Notes: generated by a model from the sequence alone, not told the origin. A stretch of DNA of 19,883 nt from Candidatus Nanohalobium sp. (GCA_042217555.1 JBDGSL010000078.1:1-19883); one strand, 5' to 3'; positions 9,402 through 17,121 are shown, numbered from the stretch's first letter. Numbers and translations: made by a program.

Positions 9402-9438
9402 ATTAACGTATCTAAAATTTGCAGTTGGTGTGAAATGG
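9402..9438 (+). repeat. Boundary repeat copy 2
   Basis: attaacgtatctaaaatttgcagttggtgtgaaatgg; abuts the vapC stop at 9439. Confidence 0.75.
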
Positions 9439-9848
9439 TTACAGGTTTTCTTTTCTGAGTTCTTCAGGTCTGTGAACCGTTAGTTCTTCTATCTTGTTGA
9501 AGTGGGAGATGTTTTTCGTGACTATTTCTAGGTCTTCGGCAAGTATTATTGAGGCTATGAGCAGGTCCATGTCATCGATCATTTGGCCTTTCTCTTCAAG
9601 TGCTGCTCTTTTTCTCCAAATTTTTCGGAGCTTTTGGAGGTTGTCTGAAGCACCTGTAGGTGTTGTTTCAGTTCTTCTATGTCTTCTCTATGTTCTTCTG
9701 TTTTAGTGGATTTCTCAGCTCCGTGGTAAAGTTCCGCAAGTGTTATAGAGGTTATGGCTATTCCTTCTTCAAAACTTTGGATAAATTCTTCTGTGTCTTT
9801 GTCTCCGCGTAGAAAGTTGATGATGACATCTGTATCGAAGACTTTCAT
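9439..9848 (-). pseudogene. vapC: VapC PIN-domain toxin, frameshifted by a 1-nt loss in an A-run (9609-9613)
   Basis: N-part MKVFDTDVII...ITLAELYHG; the C-part lies in another frame as LEEKGQMIDDMDLLIASIILAEDLEIVTKNISHFNKI...ENL*; adding one A restores a 136-aa PIN protein. Confidence 0.85.
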
Positions 9849-10051
9849 CGGTTAAATCGCCGGGATTTGCCCTCTCTTTTTTCGTAAATTTCCTTTTTCA
9901 TCTCTTCGAGGCTTTCTCCCTCCTTTGTCTCGTAGTCAGACCAGGCTCCGGCTAGTTTTTCGAGTGATTCCTTTGAGGCAACTTCAGATCGTATCTTCTT
10001 TAGTTCATTCTCTATTCTATCAAGTCTAGAGTTTATACTGGCAGTAACCAT
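9845..10051 (-). CDS. VapB-like antitoxin
   Basis: 68 aa with LEKLAGAWSD motif; ATGA overlap with vapC. Confidence 0.75.
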   Translation of the reverse strand: MVTASINSRLDRIENELKKIRSEVASKESLEKLAGAWSDYETKEGESLEEMKKEIYEKREGKSRRFNR

Positions 10052-10179
10052 GTCTAAGTTTGGGTCAGCGAAATATTAAAATCTGGTGGTTAGGAAGTTA
10101 TCAAATAAGGATTGCTTTTTGCAGGTGGGAGAGAATTTTGGCACGGCGGTAGCAGTTCCCGAGAGCGATATCAGTTTTG

Positions 10180-10320
10180 ATGAGTACAGGGATTGTCCTT
10201 GAAAGGTTTGAAGTGCCGGGGAACGTGAATGAGCAGACGGCTGAAAAGTACAGGGAGCTGTTGGAGGAGGCTGAAAACAGGGATTACCGGATAGTTTATG
10301 TCGCGGTTGGTGTGAGGTAG
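10180..10320 (+). pseudogene. 3' remnant of an unknown gene, ending in boundary repeat copy 3 (10283-10320)
   Basis: Reads ...PGNVNEQTAEKYRELLEEAENRDYRIVYVAVGVR*; homologous to 16669-16773. Confidence 0.7.
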
Positions 10321-10383
10321 CCAGAAGCGGTCGGAAGTTTTTTATGGAAAAGAATTTTATCCTTCAGGTACTGAATTCTGTCT

Positions 10384-10704
10384 ATGAGTAACCGAAAAAC
10401 TAAACACCGCAAAGCCTTCGAAGAATTCGCCGAGAAAGCTCAGGAAGATTTGGGCGATTCTTTGAAGAAACTGGTGTTGTACGGCAGTGTGGCCCGTGGA
10501 GAAGAGTCTGAGGGGAGTGATGTGGATGTGTTCGCCGTGGTTGAAGAAGGTCTTGAAGACGAGCTTTACAGTTTGGCGGCAAAGGCAGGGAGGAAACACG
10601 AGGTGCATTTAGCCGTTATAGTTAGGAACCCTGAGGAGTACGAGTTGGTTCGGGACTCGTACTTTACGCGGGAGGTGATGGAGAGTGGCGAAGCAGTCAT
10701 CTAA
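10384..10704 (+). CDS. MNT (minimal nucleotidyltransferase) antitoxin 1
   Basis: LYGSVARGE....SDVDV (GSx10DxD) motif. Confidence 0.92.
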   Translation: MSNRKTKHRKAFEEFAEKAQEDLGDSLKKLVLYGSVARGEESEGSDVDVFAVVEEGLEDELYSLAAKAGRKHEVHLAVIVRNPEEYELVRDSYFTREVMESGEAVI

Positions 10705-11080
10705 TCATTTGGAGATTGCAGAGGAAATGTTGTCCGATGCCCGGTTCAACCTGGAAAACGATCGCTCTCTGAGAACAGTAGAGGACAGAGCGTTCTACGC
10801 CATGTACCACGCCGTCCTGGAAGTCCTGGAGGAACTGGATTACAATCCAAGCTCCCGGTCCAGCACTATTGCCTTGTTCGGCAGAGAAGTGGTCCATGAA
10901 AGAAAACTGGTTGATGCGGAGTACCACAGTATGCTATCGAAGTACCAGGCCAAGAGGCAGGAAGCAGACTACGAAAAAGTATTTTTAGACGACAGAGAAG
11001 ACGCCAGACAGTTCCTTGAAGACGCGGAAGAATTCGTAAAAACCATCAAAAAACTATTACCGATTGAGGAAAACCGATGA
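10685..11080 (+). CDS. HEPN-domain protein 1 (COG1895/UPF0332-like)
   Basis: DRAFYAMYHA and KRQEADY motifs; coupled to MNT1. Confidence 0.88.
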   Translation: MAKQSSNHLEIAEEMLSDARFNLENDRSLRTVEDRAFYAMYHAVLEVLEELDYNPSSRSSTIALFGREVVHERKLVDAEYHSMLSKYQAKRQEADYEKVFLDDREDARQFLEDAEEFVKTIKKLLPIEENR

Positions 11081-11391
11081 CATCCAGGCATCGTGAAGCT
11101 TTTGAAGTGTTTGCAGAAAAAGCCGAGGAAGAACTAGGTGATTCTCTGAAAAAGCTGGTTTTGTATGGTAGTGTTGCCCGTGGAGAAGAGTCTGAGAAAA
11201 GTGATGTCGATGTCTTTGCTGTTGTTAAATCTGAGGAGGAGAAACAGGTTTTGAGGGACTTAGCATTCGAAACCGGTTTAGAATACGAGGTATCTTTCTC
11301 TCCTATAGTAAAAACTGAGGAAGAGTATTTAGAGGTTAAAGATACGGTCTACGGCCGCGAAGTAAGGTCTACAGGTGAAATCCATGTCTGA
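11077..11391 (+). CDS. MNT antitoxin 2
   Basis: LYGSVARGEESEKSDVDVF; ATGA overlap with HEPN1. Confidence 0.92.
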   Translation: MTSRHREAFEVFAEKAEEELGDSLKKLVLYGSVARGEESEKSDVDVFAVVKSEEEKQVLRDLAFETGLEYEVSFSPIVKTEEEYLEVKDTVYGREVRSTGEIHV

Positions 11392-11761
11392 AGCTGAAAA
11401 GTATCTGGAAATGGCGGAAGACTCTTTTGCCGATCTCCAACTACTGGAGGAAGCATCGGACAGAGCGTACTGGAACTCGATGTACTACTCAGCTTTCTAC
11501 GCAGCCAGAGCAGCACTTCTAACCCTCGGATTCGAGCCCAAAACTCACAGCGGAACCGACACACTCGTAGCAAAAATACTGTTCAAAGACGAAGAATACA
11601 TAGGTAGGGAAGACGCCAAACACTACTCCCAGCTGAAAACGATCAGAGAAGAAAAAGACTACAACCCGGAAGCAAATGTAAACTTCGAAAAAGAAGAAAT
11701 GAAACAGAAAACCCAGAAACTCTTACAGAAAATGAAAAACATAGTAGAGGAAAACCAATGA
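11384..11761 (+). CDS. HEPN-domain protein 2
   Basis: YYSAFYAARAAL, KTHSG and REEKDY motifs; AGGTGA RBS before ATG 11384. Confidence 0.9.
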   Translation: MSEAEKYLEMAEDSFADLQLLEEASDRAYWNSMYYSAFYAARAALLTLGFEPKTHSGTDTLVAKILFKDEEYIGREDAKHYSQLKTIREEKDYNPEANVNFEKEEMKQKTQKLLQKMKNIVEENQ

Positions 11762-12072
11762 GTTCCCAACACCGAGAAGCCTTCGAAGAATTCGCCGAGA
11801 AAGCTCAGGAAGAATTAGGCGATTCTCTGAAGAAACTGGTTCTGTACGGCAGTGTTGCGAAAGGCCAGGAATCGGAAGAGAGTGATGTTGATGTCTTTGC
11901 TGTGGTCGAGTCTCAGGAGCAGAAGGAACGGCTGGAGGATCTGGCTTTTGACGTAAGTGTTGAGCACGGTGTTTTCATCGTACCGGTTATCAAGACTGTG
12001 GAAGAATTTGAAGAGTCGAAAGATTCTCTCTTCAGCCGTGAGGTTATGGAGACAGGTGATATCCGTGTCTGA
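11758..12072 (+). CDS. MNT antitoxin 3
   Basis: LYGSVAKGQESEESDVDVF. Confidence 0.92.
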   Translation: MSSQHREAFEEFAEKAQEELGDSLKKLVLYGSVAKGQESEESDVDVFAVVESQEQKERLEDLAFDVSVEHGVFIVPVIKTVEEFEESKDSLFSREVMETGDIRV

Positions 12073-12457
12073 GTCTCCAGAAGACTTCATGGAGCTAAGC
12101 GATCAAGCATTGCAGGATTTAGAGATAGCAACGGACGGCGGAGCATCTTTAAGAAGCCGTTACAACCGGCTTTACTACGCTGTTTTCTACGCCGCAAAGG
12201 CAGCCTTGCTCTCCGAAGGAATTGAAGCCAAGACCCATAGGGGAACCGCTAACCAGGTCTACCAGGAATTCTACGACAAAAGAGGTCTTCTGGAAAAAGA
12301 GGAAGCTATCGTAATTCAGAAAGTCCAGAAAAGACGGGATATGGCCGACTACGAAGTAAAAGCCAGTTTCACAGAGGAAGACTTTGAACAACTGCTGGAA
12401 AAATCCAGAGAGTTCATCAGAAGAATGAAGAAAATAACCCGCGGTGAGACAAAGTGA
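12065..12457 (+). CDS. HEPN-domain protein 3
   Basis: RLYYAVFYAAKAAL, KTHRG and RDMADY motifs; AGGTGA RBS before GTG 12065. Confidence 0.9.
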   Translation: MSESPEDFMELSDQALQDLEIATDGGASLRSRYNRLYYAVFYAAKAALLSEGIEAKTHRGTANQVYQEFYDKRGLLEKEEAIVIQKVQKRRDMADYEVKASFTEEDFEQLLEKSREFIRRMKKITRGETK

Positions 12458-12768
12458 CCTCAAAACACCGCAAAGCCTTCGAAGAATTCGCAGAAAAAGC
12501 CAAGGAAGAGTTAGGCGACTCCTTGAAGAAGCTGGTTCTGTACGGCAGTGTTGCCCGGGGTGAAGAGACGGAGGAGAGCGATGTTGATATTTTTGCTGTG
12601 GTTGAATCACGGAGCCAGAAAAGAAATTTGGAGCAGTTAGCAGCCGAGATAGGAGTAGAGTACGGCGTGCTGTTTTCGGCGATTGTGAAGACAGAGAAAG
12701 ATTACAAAGAAATGGAGGACAGCTCCTTCAGTCAGGAAGTCAGAGATACAGGTGAGGTCTATGTCTGA
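12454..12768 (+). CDS. MNT antitoxin 4
   Basis: LYGSVARGEETEESDVDIF; GTGA overlap with HEPN3. Confidence 0.92.
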   Translation: MTSKHRKAFEEFAEKAKEELGDSLKKLVLYGSVARGEETEESDVDIFAVVESRSQKRNLEQLAAEIGVEYGVLFSAIVKTEKDYKEMEDSSFSQEVRDTGEVYV

Positions 12769-13150
12769 AGCGGAGCAATATATAGAGTTATGTGACAAAG
12801 CAGTCAAAGACCTTGAGAAAGGCGAGAAAGCAGGGCAAAGCCTGAGAGCAAGATATAACAGGCTTTACTACGCATGCTTTTACGCCGCTAAAGCTGCTCT
12901 ACTGTCGAAGGATATTGAGGTACGGAGCCACGCAGGTATAGCAGATAAAGTCTTCACAGAACTCTACAGAGAACAAAAACTAGTTGAAAAACAGACCGCA
13001 GCCGTCTTAAGCCGTGTACAGACAAAACGAGACCAGTCCGACTACGAAATAGATATCAACGAAACAGAAGAAGACTACCAGGAAATCAAAGAAAAAGCCG
13101 AAAAATTCATACAACAAATGAGACAAATAGTAGAGGAAGAAACTAAATGA
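12761..13150 (+). CDS. HEPN-domain protein 4
   Basis: RLYYACFYAAKAAL, RSHAG and RDQSDY motifs; AGGTGA RBS before ATG 12761. Confidence 0.9.
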   Translation: MSEAEQYIELCDKAVKDLEKGEKAGQSLRARYNRLYYACFYAAKAALLSKDIEVRSHAGIADKVFTELYREQKLVEKQTAAVLSRVQTKRDQSDYEIDINETEEDYQEIKEKAEKFIQQMRQIVEEETK

Positions 13151-15306
13151 ACAAAAACCATTCCCGCTCCACCCGGTCCAGAACCAAGATCACCGCCCTC
13201 ACAATACTACTCCTCACAGCCATAACACTCGGAACAGCCTTAAGCTCCACCTCCAACACCGCAGCACCAGCCGGATCCGCATGGATCGAAGGCTCAAGCC
13301 TCCACTGGGCAAACGGGACAACGGAGTACTTCTTCAATCCGGTTCCTAGCAATGACTCGGCTGTAGGCACCTACCATCTGGACTCAGGGACAGGCCAGAC
13401 CGCACTAGACCTCTCAGTAAACAACAACGATGGAACACTGGGCAACTCCACCAGCAGCGAAACCAGCGACCCCTCCTGGACTAGCGGAAAGTTTGACGAT
13501 GCCTTGAGTTTTGACGGCAGTGATGACTATGTTGCTCTCCCTCAGTCCTATTCTTCATCAAACATAGGTAGTTTCTCGGTAACTGCCTGGGTTAACGTCC
13601 CTACTGATGGAGGAGGCTGGTCTATTGTGGACTTCGATAGGAGTGAATACTTTACAGCTACGGCAGGGATACCCAGCTCGAGCGCTGGCGGTGAAGGAGA
13701 CTATGTTGGTTTCCACACTACGGATTCAGGTGGTACAATCTCTGATATGTGGAGTAGCTCAACCATCAGGGACGGTTCCTGGCATCACGTAGCATGGGTG
13801 TTTGATGGTTCTACGAAGTACATTTACATTGACGGTAGTCAGGACAACACTCAGTCAGTATCAGGCGTGGGAACAGGTACTACAAGATACGGTTTCCTGG
13901 GTGACGGTTCCGAAGCTTCAAGTTTCGACGGCTCCCGGAACAATAACTACTTCCAGGGAGATATGGACGAGGTCCGTATCTATAACCGTGCTCTATCTCA
14001 GGACGAGATTCAGCGACTGTATGAGGGTGCCGGGTCCAAGACGGGTGGGCCGACCGGTGCGTGGTGGGTCGAAGGCTCGGCGATGCACTGGATCGACCAG
14101 AACGGTTACGAGAGGGCTTATACTGGTTCTACTGTGAGGAAAACTGTTTATTCTGAGGGTTTTGATGATGGGACGGCTAATAACTGGAATATTCAGACTG
14201 GTGACACTGACTCTGGTGTGACTACCAGCCCTGTCTGTTCAGGAGATTCTCCTGCGAATTGTCCTACACCTATTGACTCTCATATTTTGCAGGTGGATTC
14301 TAGTGATATCCATACTTCTCCTGCTATTGATCTTTCGTCTTACTCCAGCGCGACTTTGAACTTTGCGGTGGCGAGCGAGTCCATGGATGATTCAAGTGAG
14401 GATACACAGGTAGATGTTTCAAGTGATGGTGGAAGCACTTGGACAACTCTGAAAACAGTACATAACGTTCCTACTTCCGGGTCTGCTCCTCTAAGCTTCT
14501 CAATAGATATATCCTCTTACACAACCTCCAACTTCAAACTCAGGATAGACAACGTCGGCGGAAACGGCGGAGGCGACCACGGCTTCCTCGACGAAGTAAA
14601 AATCACCGTTCCAAGCAGTCCTTCAGCAGCTTCACCAGGAAACGTCTGGATTGAGAACGGCGTGCTTCACTATATTGATGCGAACGGGAACGAGAGGAGA
14701 ACGAGCGGTACTGTGTTTATGGAAGACTTTGATTCTCAAGCTGATGGAGATTTTCCGGATGGGTGGACTAAGGATACACCTTGGGATTCTTCTAATCCAG
14801 TGTTTGAAGTTGATACAGCTCATGCAGTAGGTTCTGCCTCTTTATATACTACTGAAGATAGTCAGGGGGGAAGTACTTATACAGTGCGTGCTTTCAAGAA
14901 TCTCGATAGTATCTATACTCCATCTGAGATACATGCGGATATTCGTCTTGAAGGACATCGAGATCCTGGTAGCACCAATTTAGGATTCAATAATGTGTCT
15001 TATTCTGACAGTAGTAGTGTTGATATTAGTGGTAGTGAGGGAGGCTTGCGGATTATTATTAGTCCTGGAGGGGATTCAAGCAATGATATTCAGCTTACAG
15101 GCATGTTATCAACTTATAGCATTAATACCGGTCAGTGGTATGACGTAAGCTGGAGGGATATAGACTGGAGCTCTCAGACTATGGATGTATATATTGAAGG
15201 AGTTCAACAGGTAAATGATGCATCTTTCTCGTTGTCAGAGATTAAATCTGTATACCATGTCAATGATGATAAGTATCTGAGAATAGATGAGATAGTATTT
15301 AGATAA
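13147..15306 (+). CDS. Secreted LamG/concanavalin A-like multi-lectin surface protein (719 aa)
   Basis: Signal peptide; LamG motifs ALSFDGSDDYV, FSVTAWV, WHHVAWVFDG and FQGDMDEVRIYNRALS; MAM-like domain SPAIDLSSY...SSDGGSTW; third ConA-like domain at the C-terminus. Confidence 0.9.
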   Translation: MNKNHSRSTRSRTKITALTILLLTAITLGTALSSTSNTAAPAGSAWIEGSSLHWANGTTEYFFNPVPSNDSAVGTYHLDSGTGQTALDLSVNNNDGTLGNSTSSETSDPSWTSGKFDDALSFDGSDDYVALPQSYSSSNIGSFSVTAWVNVPTDGGGWSIVDFDRSEYFTATAGIPSSSAGGEGDYVGFHTTDSGGTISDMWSSSTIRDGSWHHVAWVFDGSTKYIYIDGSQDNTQSVSGVGTGTTRYGFLGDGSEASSFDGSRNNNYFQGDMDEVRIYNRALSQDEIQRLYEGAGSKTGGPTGAWWVEGSAMHWIDQNGYERAYTGSTVRKTVYSEGFDDGTANNWNIQTGDTDSGVTTSPVCSGDSPANCPTPIDSHILQVDSSDIHTSPAIDLSSYSSATLNFAVASESMDDSSEDTQVDVSSDGGSTWTTLKTVHNVPTSGSAPLSFSIDISSYTTSNFKLRIDNVGGNGGGDHGFLDEVKITVPSSPSAASPGNVWIENGVLHYIDANGNERRTSGTVFMEDFDSQADGDFPDGWTKDTPWDSSNPVFEVDTAHAVGSASLYTTEDSQGGSTYTVRAFKNLDSIYTPSEIHADIRLEGHRDPGSTNLGFNNVSYSDSSSVDISGSEGGLRIIISPGGDSSNDIQLTGMLSTYSINTGQWYDVSWRDIDWSSQTMDVYIEGVQQVNDASFSLSEIKSVYHVNDDKYLRIDEIVFR

Positions 15307-15337
15307 CCTTGAAAGTAATGACAGAAGGTATAGGAAG

Positions 15338-15640
15338 TTATGTGTTTTCTGATTGATTGGGGTATAGGCCTGTGTCTTCTATTTTGCAGTTGCTGTCAAC
15401 TACTGAATCCCTAATTTCTGAGTTTTTGATCTCTGAGTTTGGGAAGACTATGGTGTCTTCAAGCTTTGAGTTTTTGATTTCTGCGCCTTCCATTATGTGG
15501 ATGTTGTTTCCGATCTTGCAGTGTGTGGTGTTTCCGTTGTTGATGGTGTTTCCGTTGTTGATGGTGTTTTCGGTGACTGCGGCGAGTGCGTCGAGGTATC
15601 CTTGCCGTGTGCCGACGTCGAACCAGTGTCCATCGAAGTT
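15338..15640 (-). pseudogene. C-terminal fragment of a sugar-phosphate nucleotidyltransferase (NDP-sugar synthase)
   Basis: My translation, not in the ORF track because it has no start: NFDGHWFDVGTRQGYLDALAAV...IGNNIHIMEGAEIKNSKLEDTIVFPNSEIKNSEIRDSVVDSNCKIE...* (WxDVG motif plus hexapeptide beta-helix). Contains an 18-bp tandem duplication at 15526-15561. Confidence 0.75.
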
Positions 15641-15647
15641 GTGAAGT

Positions 15648-15751
15648 CTCTGATTCTTCCTACAGTTCCGGTGGTATCGGTGTTGGCCATGATAATCACA
15701 ACGGTGTTTCCGTCGACGATGTACTTTGATGAGGTGAAGGTTGTGGGGTGA
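15648..15751 (+). pseudogene. Frameshifted C-terminal remnant of a lectin-like beta-sandwich domain
   Basis: SDSSYSSGGIGVGHDNHNG followed, in another frame, by STMYFDEVKVVG*; resembles the domain endings FLDEVKI and RIDEIVF of the 719-aa protein. Confidence 0.45.
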
Positions 15752-15809
15752 GTTGGCGGGTTGGAGTGGTTTATCAGGAGAGGGTTTTTTACTTGTTGGA
15801 GATGGGAGG

Positions 15810-15846
15810 ATTACTGCTTTCTTTAGTTGTGGTTGGTGTGAAGTAA
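15810..15846 (+). repeat. Boundary repeat copy 4
   Basis: attactgctttctttagttgtggttggtgtgaagtaa. Confidence 0.75.
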
Positions 15847-15868
15847 GTGTTCGGTAGCCATTATCTTT

Positions 15869-16078
15869 ATGAGTTTGAGTTTACCAGGTTTGGGTATGGA
15901 AGATAACGAACTTGGCTCTCCGGAGGAGTTTGTTGATGAGGTTAAGGAGAAGTGGAGTGACAAGGAGAGGGATTTACGTGAGAAAGTTGAGGAAACTATT
16001 GAGCGTAGAGCGAGGAAGAGGGCTGCTGAGATACTTGATAGGGAATCCAGTGAGCTTAGAGAAGGTTCAACTGCTTAG
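15869..16078 (+). CDS. Small acidic helical protein, possibly an antitoxin
   Basis: 69-aa ORF directly after repeat copy 4; convergent with, and overlapping the end of, a PIN gene. Confidence 0.5.
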   Translation: MSLSLPGLGMEDNELGSPEEFVDEVKEKWSDKERDLREKVEETIERRARKRAAEILDRESSELREGSTA

Positions 16079-16549
16079 TTCTTCCGGAGATTTTATCTCT
16101 ATTTCCGGTAGTTCTTGATTCTTCAGGAACTCGTTGAGCTCTTTCTGCCGATTCAAGAGATGTTTTTTGTCGAATGTGATCAGGTAGTCTATTTTCATTC
16201 CACTGGTGTAAAGAACCAGGTTCAGGTCTGATTCCTTCATATTTTCCAGTTGGTTCATTCCTTCTTCGATTATTTTTGATACAAGTTTGCCGGTTTTCGA
16301 CTCGATCGAGTTTTCGAGTTCTCTTACGTCTATAAGTTCATTTGAGTATCTGAACTGGAATTCAGCTATCTCTGTCGCCAGATCGCTGTGTTTCCATTCG
16401 TGGATTTGTTGGAATAGGAGTATTGGTATGTGAAGTTCAATTTCTCCGCTCTCAATTTTCTCTAATACTTCTTCGGCATGCTCTTTTCTGTCGTCTTGCT
16501 TATCCCAGAGAGCTATCGTGAAAACGTCTATATCCACGACTGCTTCCAT
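16067..16549 (-). CDS. PIN-domain protein
   Basis: N-terminal VVDIDVF, then ESDLNLV and DYLITFDKKHLL motifs. Confidence 0.8.
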   Translation of the reverse strand: MEAVVDIDVFTIALWDKQDDRKEHAEEVLEKIESGEIELHIPILLFQQIHEWKHSDLATEIAEFQFRYSNELIDVRELENSIESKTGKLVSKIIEEGMNQLENMKESDLNLVLYTSGMKIDYLITFDKKHLLNRQKELNEFLKNQELPEIEIKSPEELSS

Positions 16550-16668
16550 GCAAAAAATTGCGGTTTCATATTTAATTAGGTTTGACTGGAATTCCGGGTA
16601 AGAAGATTTAAAGAGAAAAACAGTGGTTTGAGAACAGTTACCGGGCGATTGCTTTTACCGGTCAGGTA

Positions 16669-16773
16669 TCGGAGAACGTGAATGAGCAGACCGCAGAGAA
16701 GTACAGAGAATTGCTTGAGAATGCAGAGAGTAGGGATTACCGGATCTACAATGTTGCGGTTGGTGTGAAGTAA
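16669..16773 (+). pseudogene. Second copy of the gene-3'-end remnant, ending in boundary repeat copy 5 (16736-16773)
   Basis: SENVNEQTAEKYRELLENAESRDYRIYNVAVGVK*; homologous to 10216-10320. Confidence 0.7.
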
Positions 16774-16812
16774 AGGGGTTAGTGATTTAATCTGCAGGTT
16801 TAAGACAGGTTT

Positions 16813-17016
16813 ATGTCTGGGGTTGTTGATTCGGATTTTGATTGGATGGTTGAAGGAGTTAGGGTGAAGGATCGTTCCCGTATAAAGAGGGCTATGGAGA
16901 AGCAGGAGGAGATAAGAGCTGAGTCTGGCGAGGGAGGTTTAAGCAGTGAGATTAGGAAGTGGCGGGATAAGAGAGGTGAAAGGTGTTGTGGTGTTTTGGT
17001 TTTTGTGAGGAGTTGA
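16813..17016 (+). CDS. Orphan VapB-like antitoxin, probably degenerate
   Basis: RAMEKQEEIR...SSEIRKWRDKR resembles archaeal antitoxin C-termini; no toxin follows; upstream region nearly identical to that of 8759. Confidence 0.5.
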   Translation: MSGVVDSDFDWMVEGVRVKDRSRIKRAMEKQEEIRAESGEGGLSSEIRKWRDKRGERCCGVLVFVRS

Positions 17017-17058
17017 TCAGGGAGTTGTTGAAAACGTCTGAGAGTTATAATTGTTTGA

Positions 17059-17098
17059 ACTATGTTAGTTGAGACTATGTTAGGTTAAACTATTTAAG
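17059..17098 (+). promoter_or_regulatory. Three direct repeats (ACTAT(G/T)T(T/A)AG, 15-bp period) overlapping a TATA-like box
   Basis: actatgttag at 17059, actatgttag at 17074 and actatttaag at 17089; TTTAAG lies about 25-29 nt before ATG 17122. Confidence 0.6.
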
Positions 17099-17121
17099 TT
17101 TGTAGGGGCCAAGTTAGGTGT

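Noticed and set aside
9379..9452. Imperfect inverted repeat formed by two convergent genes both ending ENL*
   Set aside because: It is short and plausibly a coincidence of coding sequence.
8683..16773. CRISPR array from the 38-bp repeats
   Set aside because: Spacing is 0.7-5.5 kb with whole genes between copies, the copies are degenerate, and there are no cas genes.
16992..17012. Possible sixth boundary repeat (gttttggtttttgtgagg)
   Set aside because: It is too degenerate and lies in G/T-rich background.
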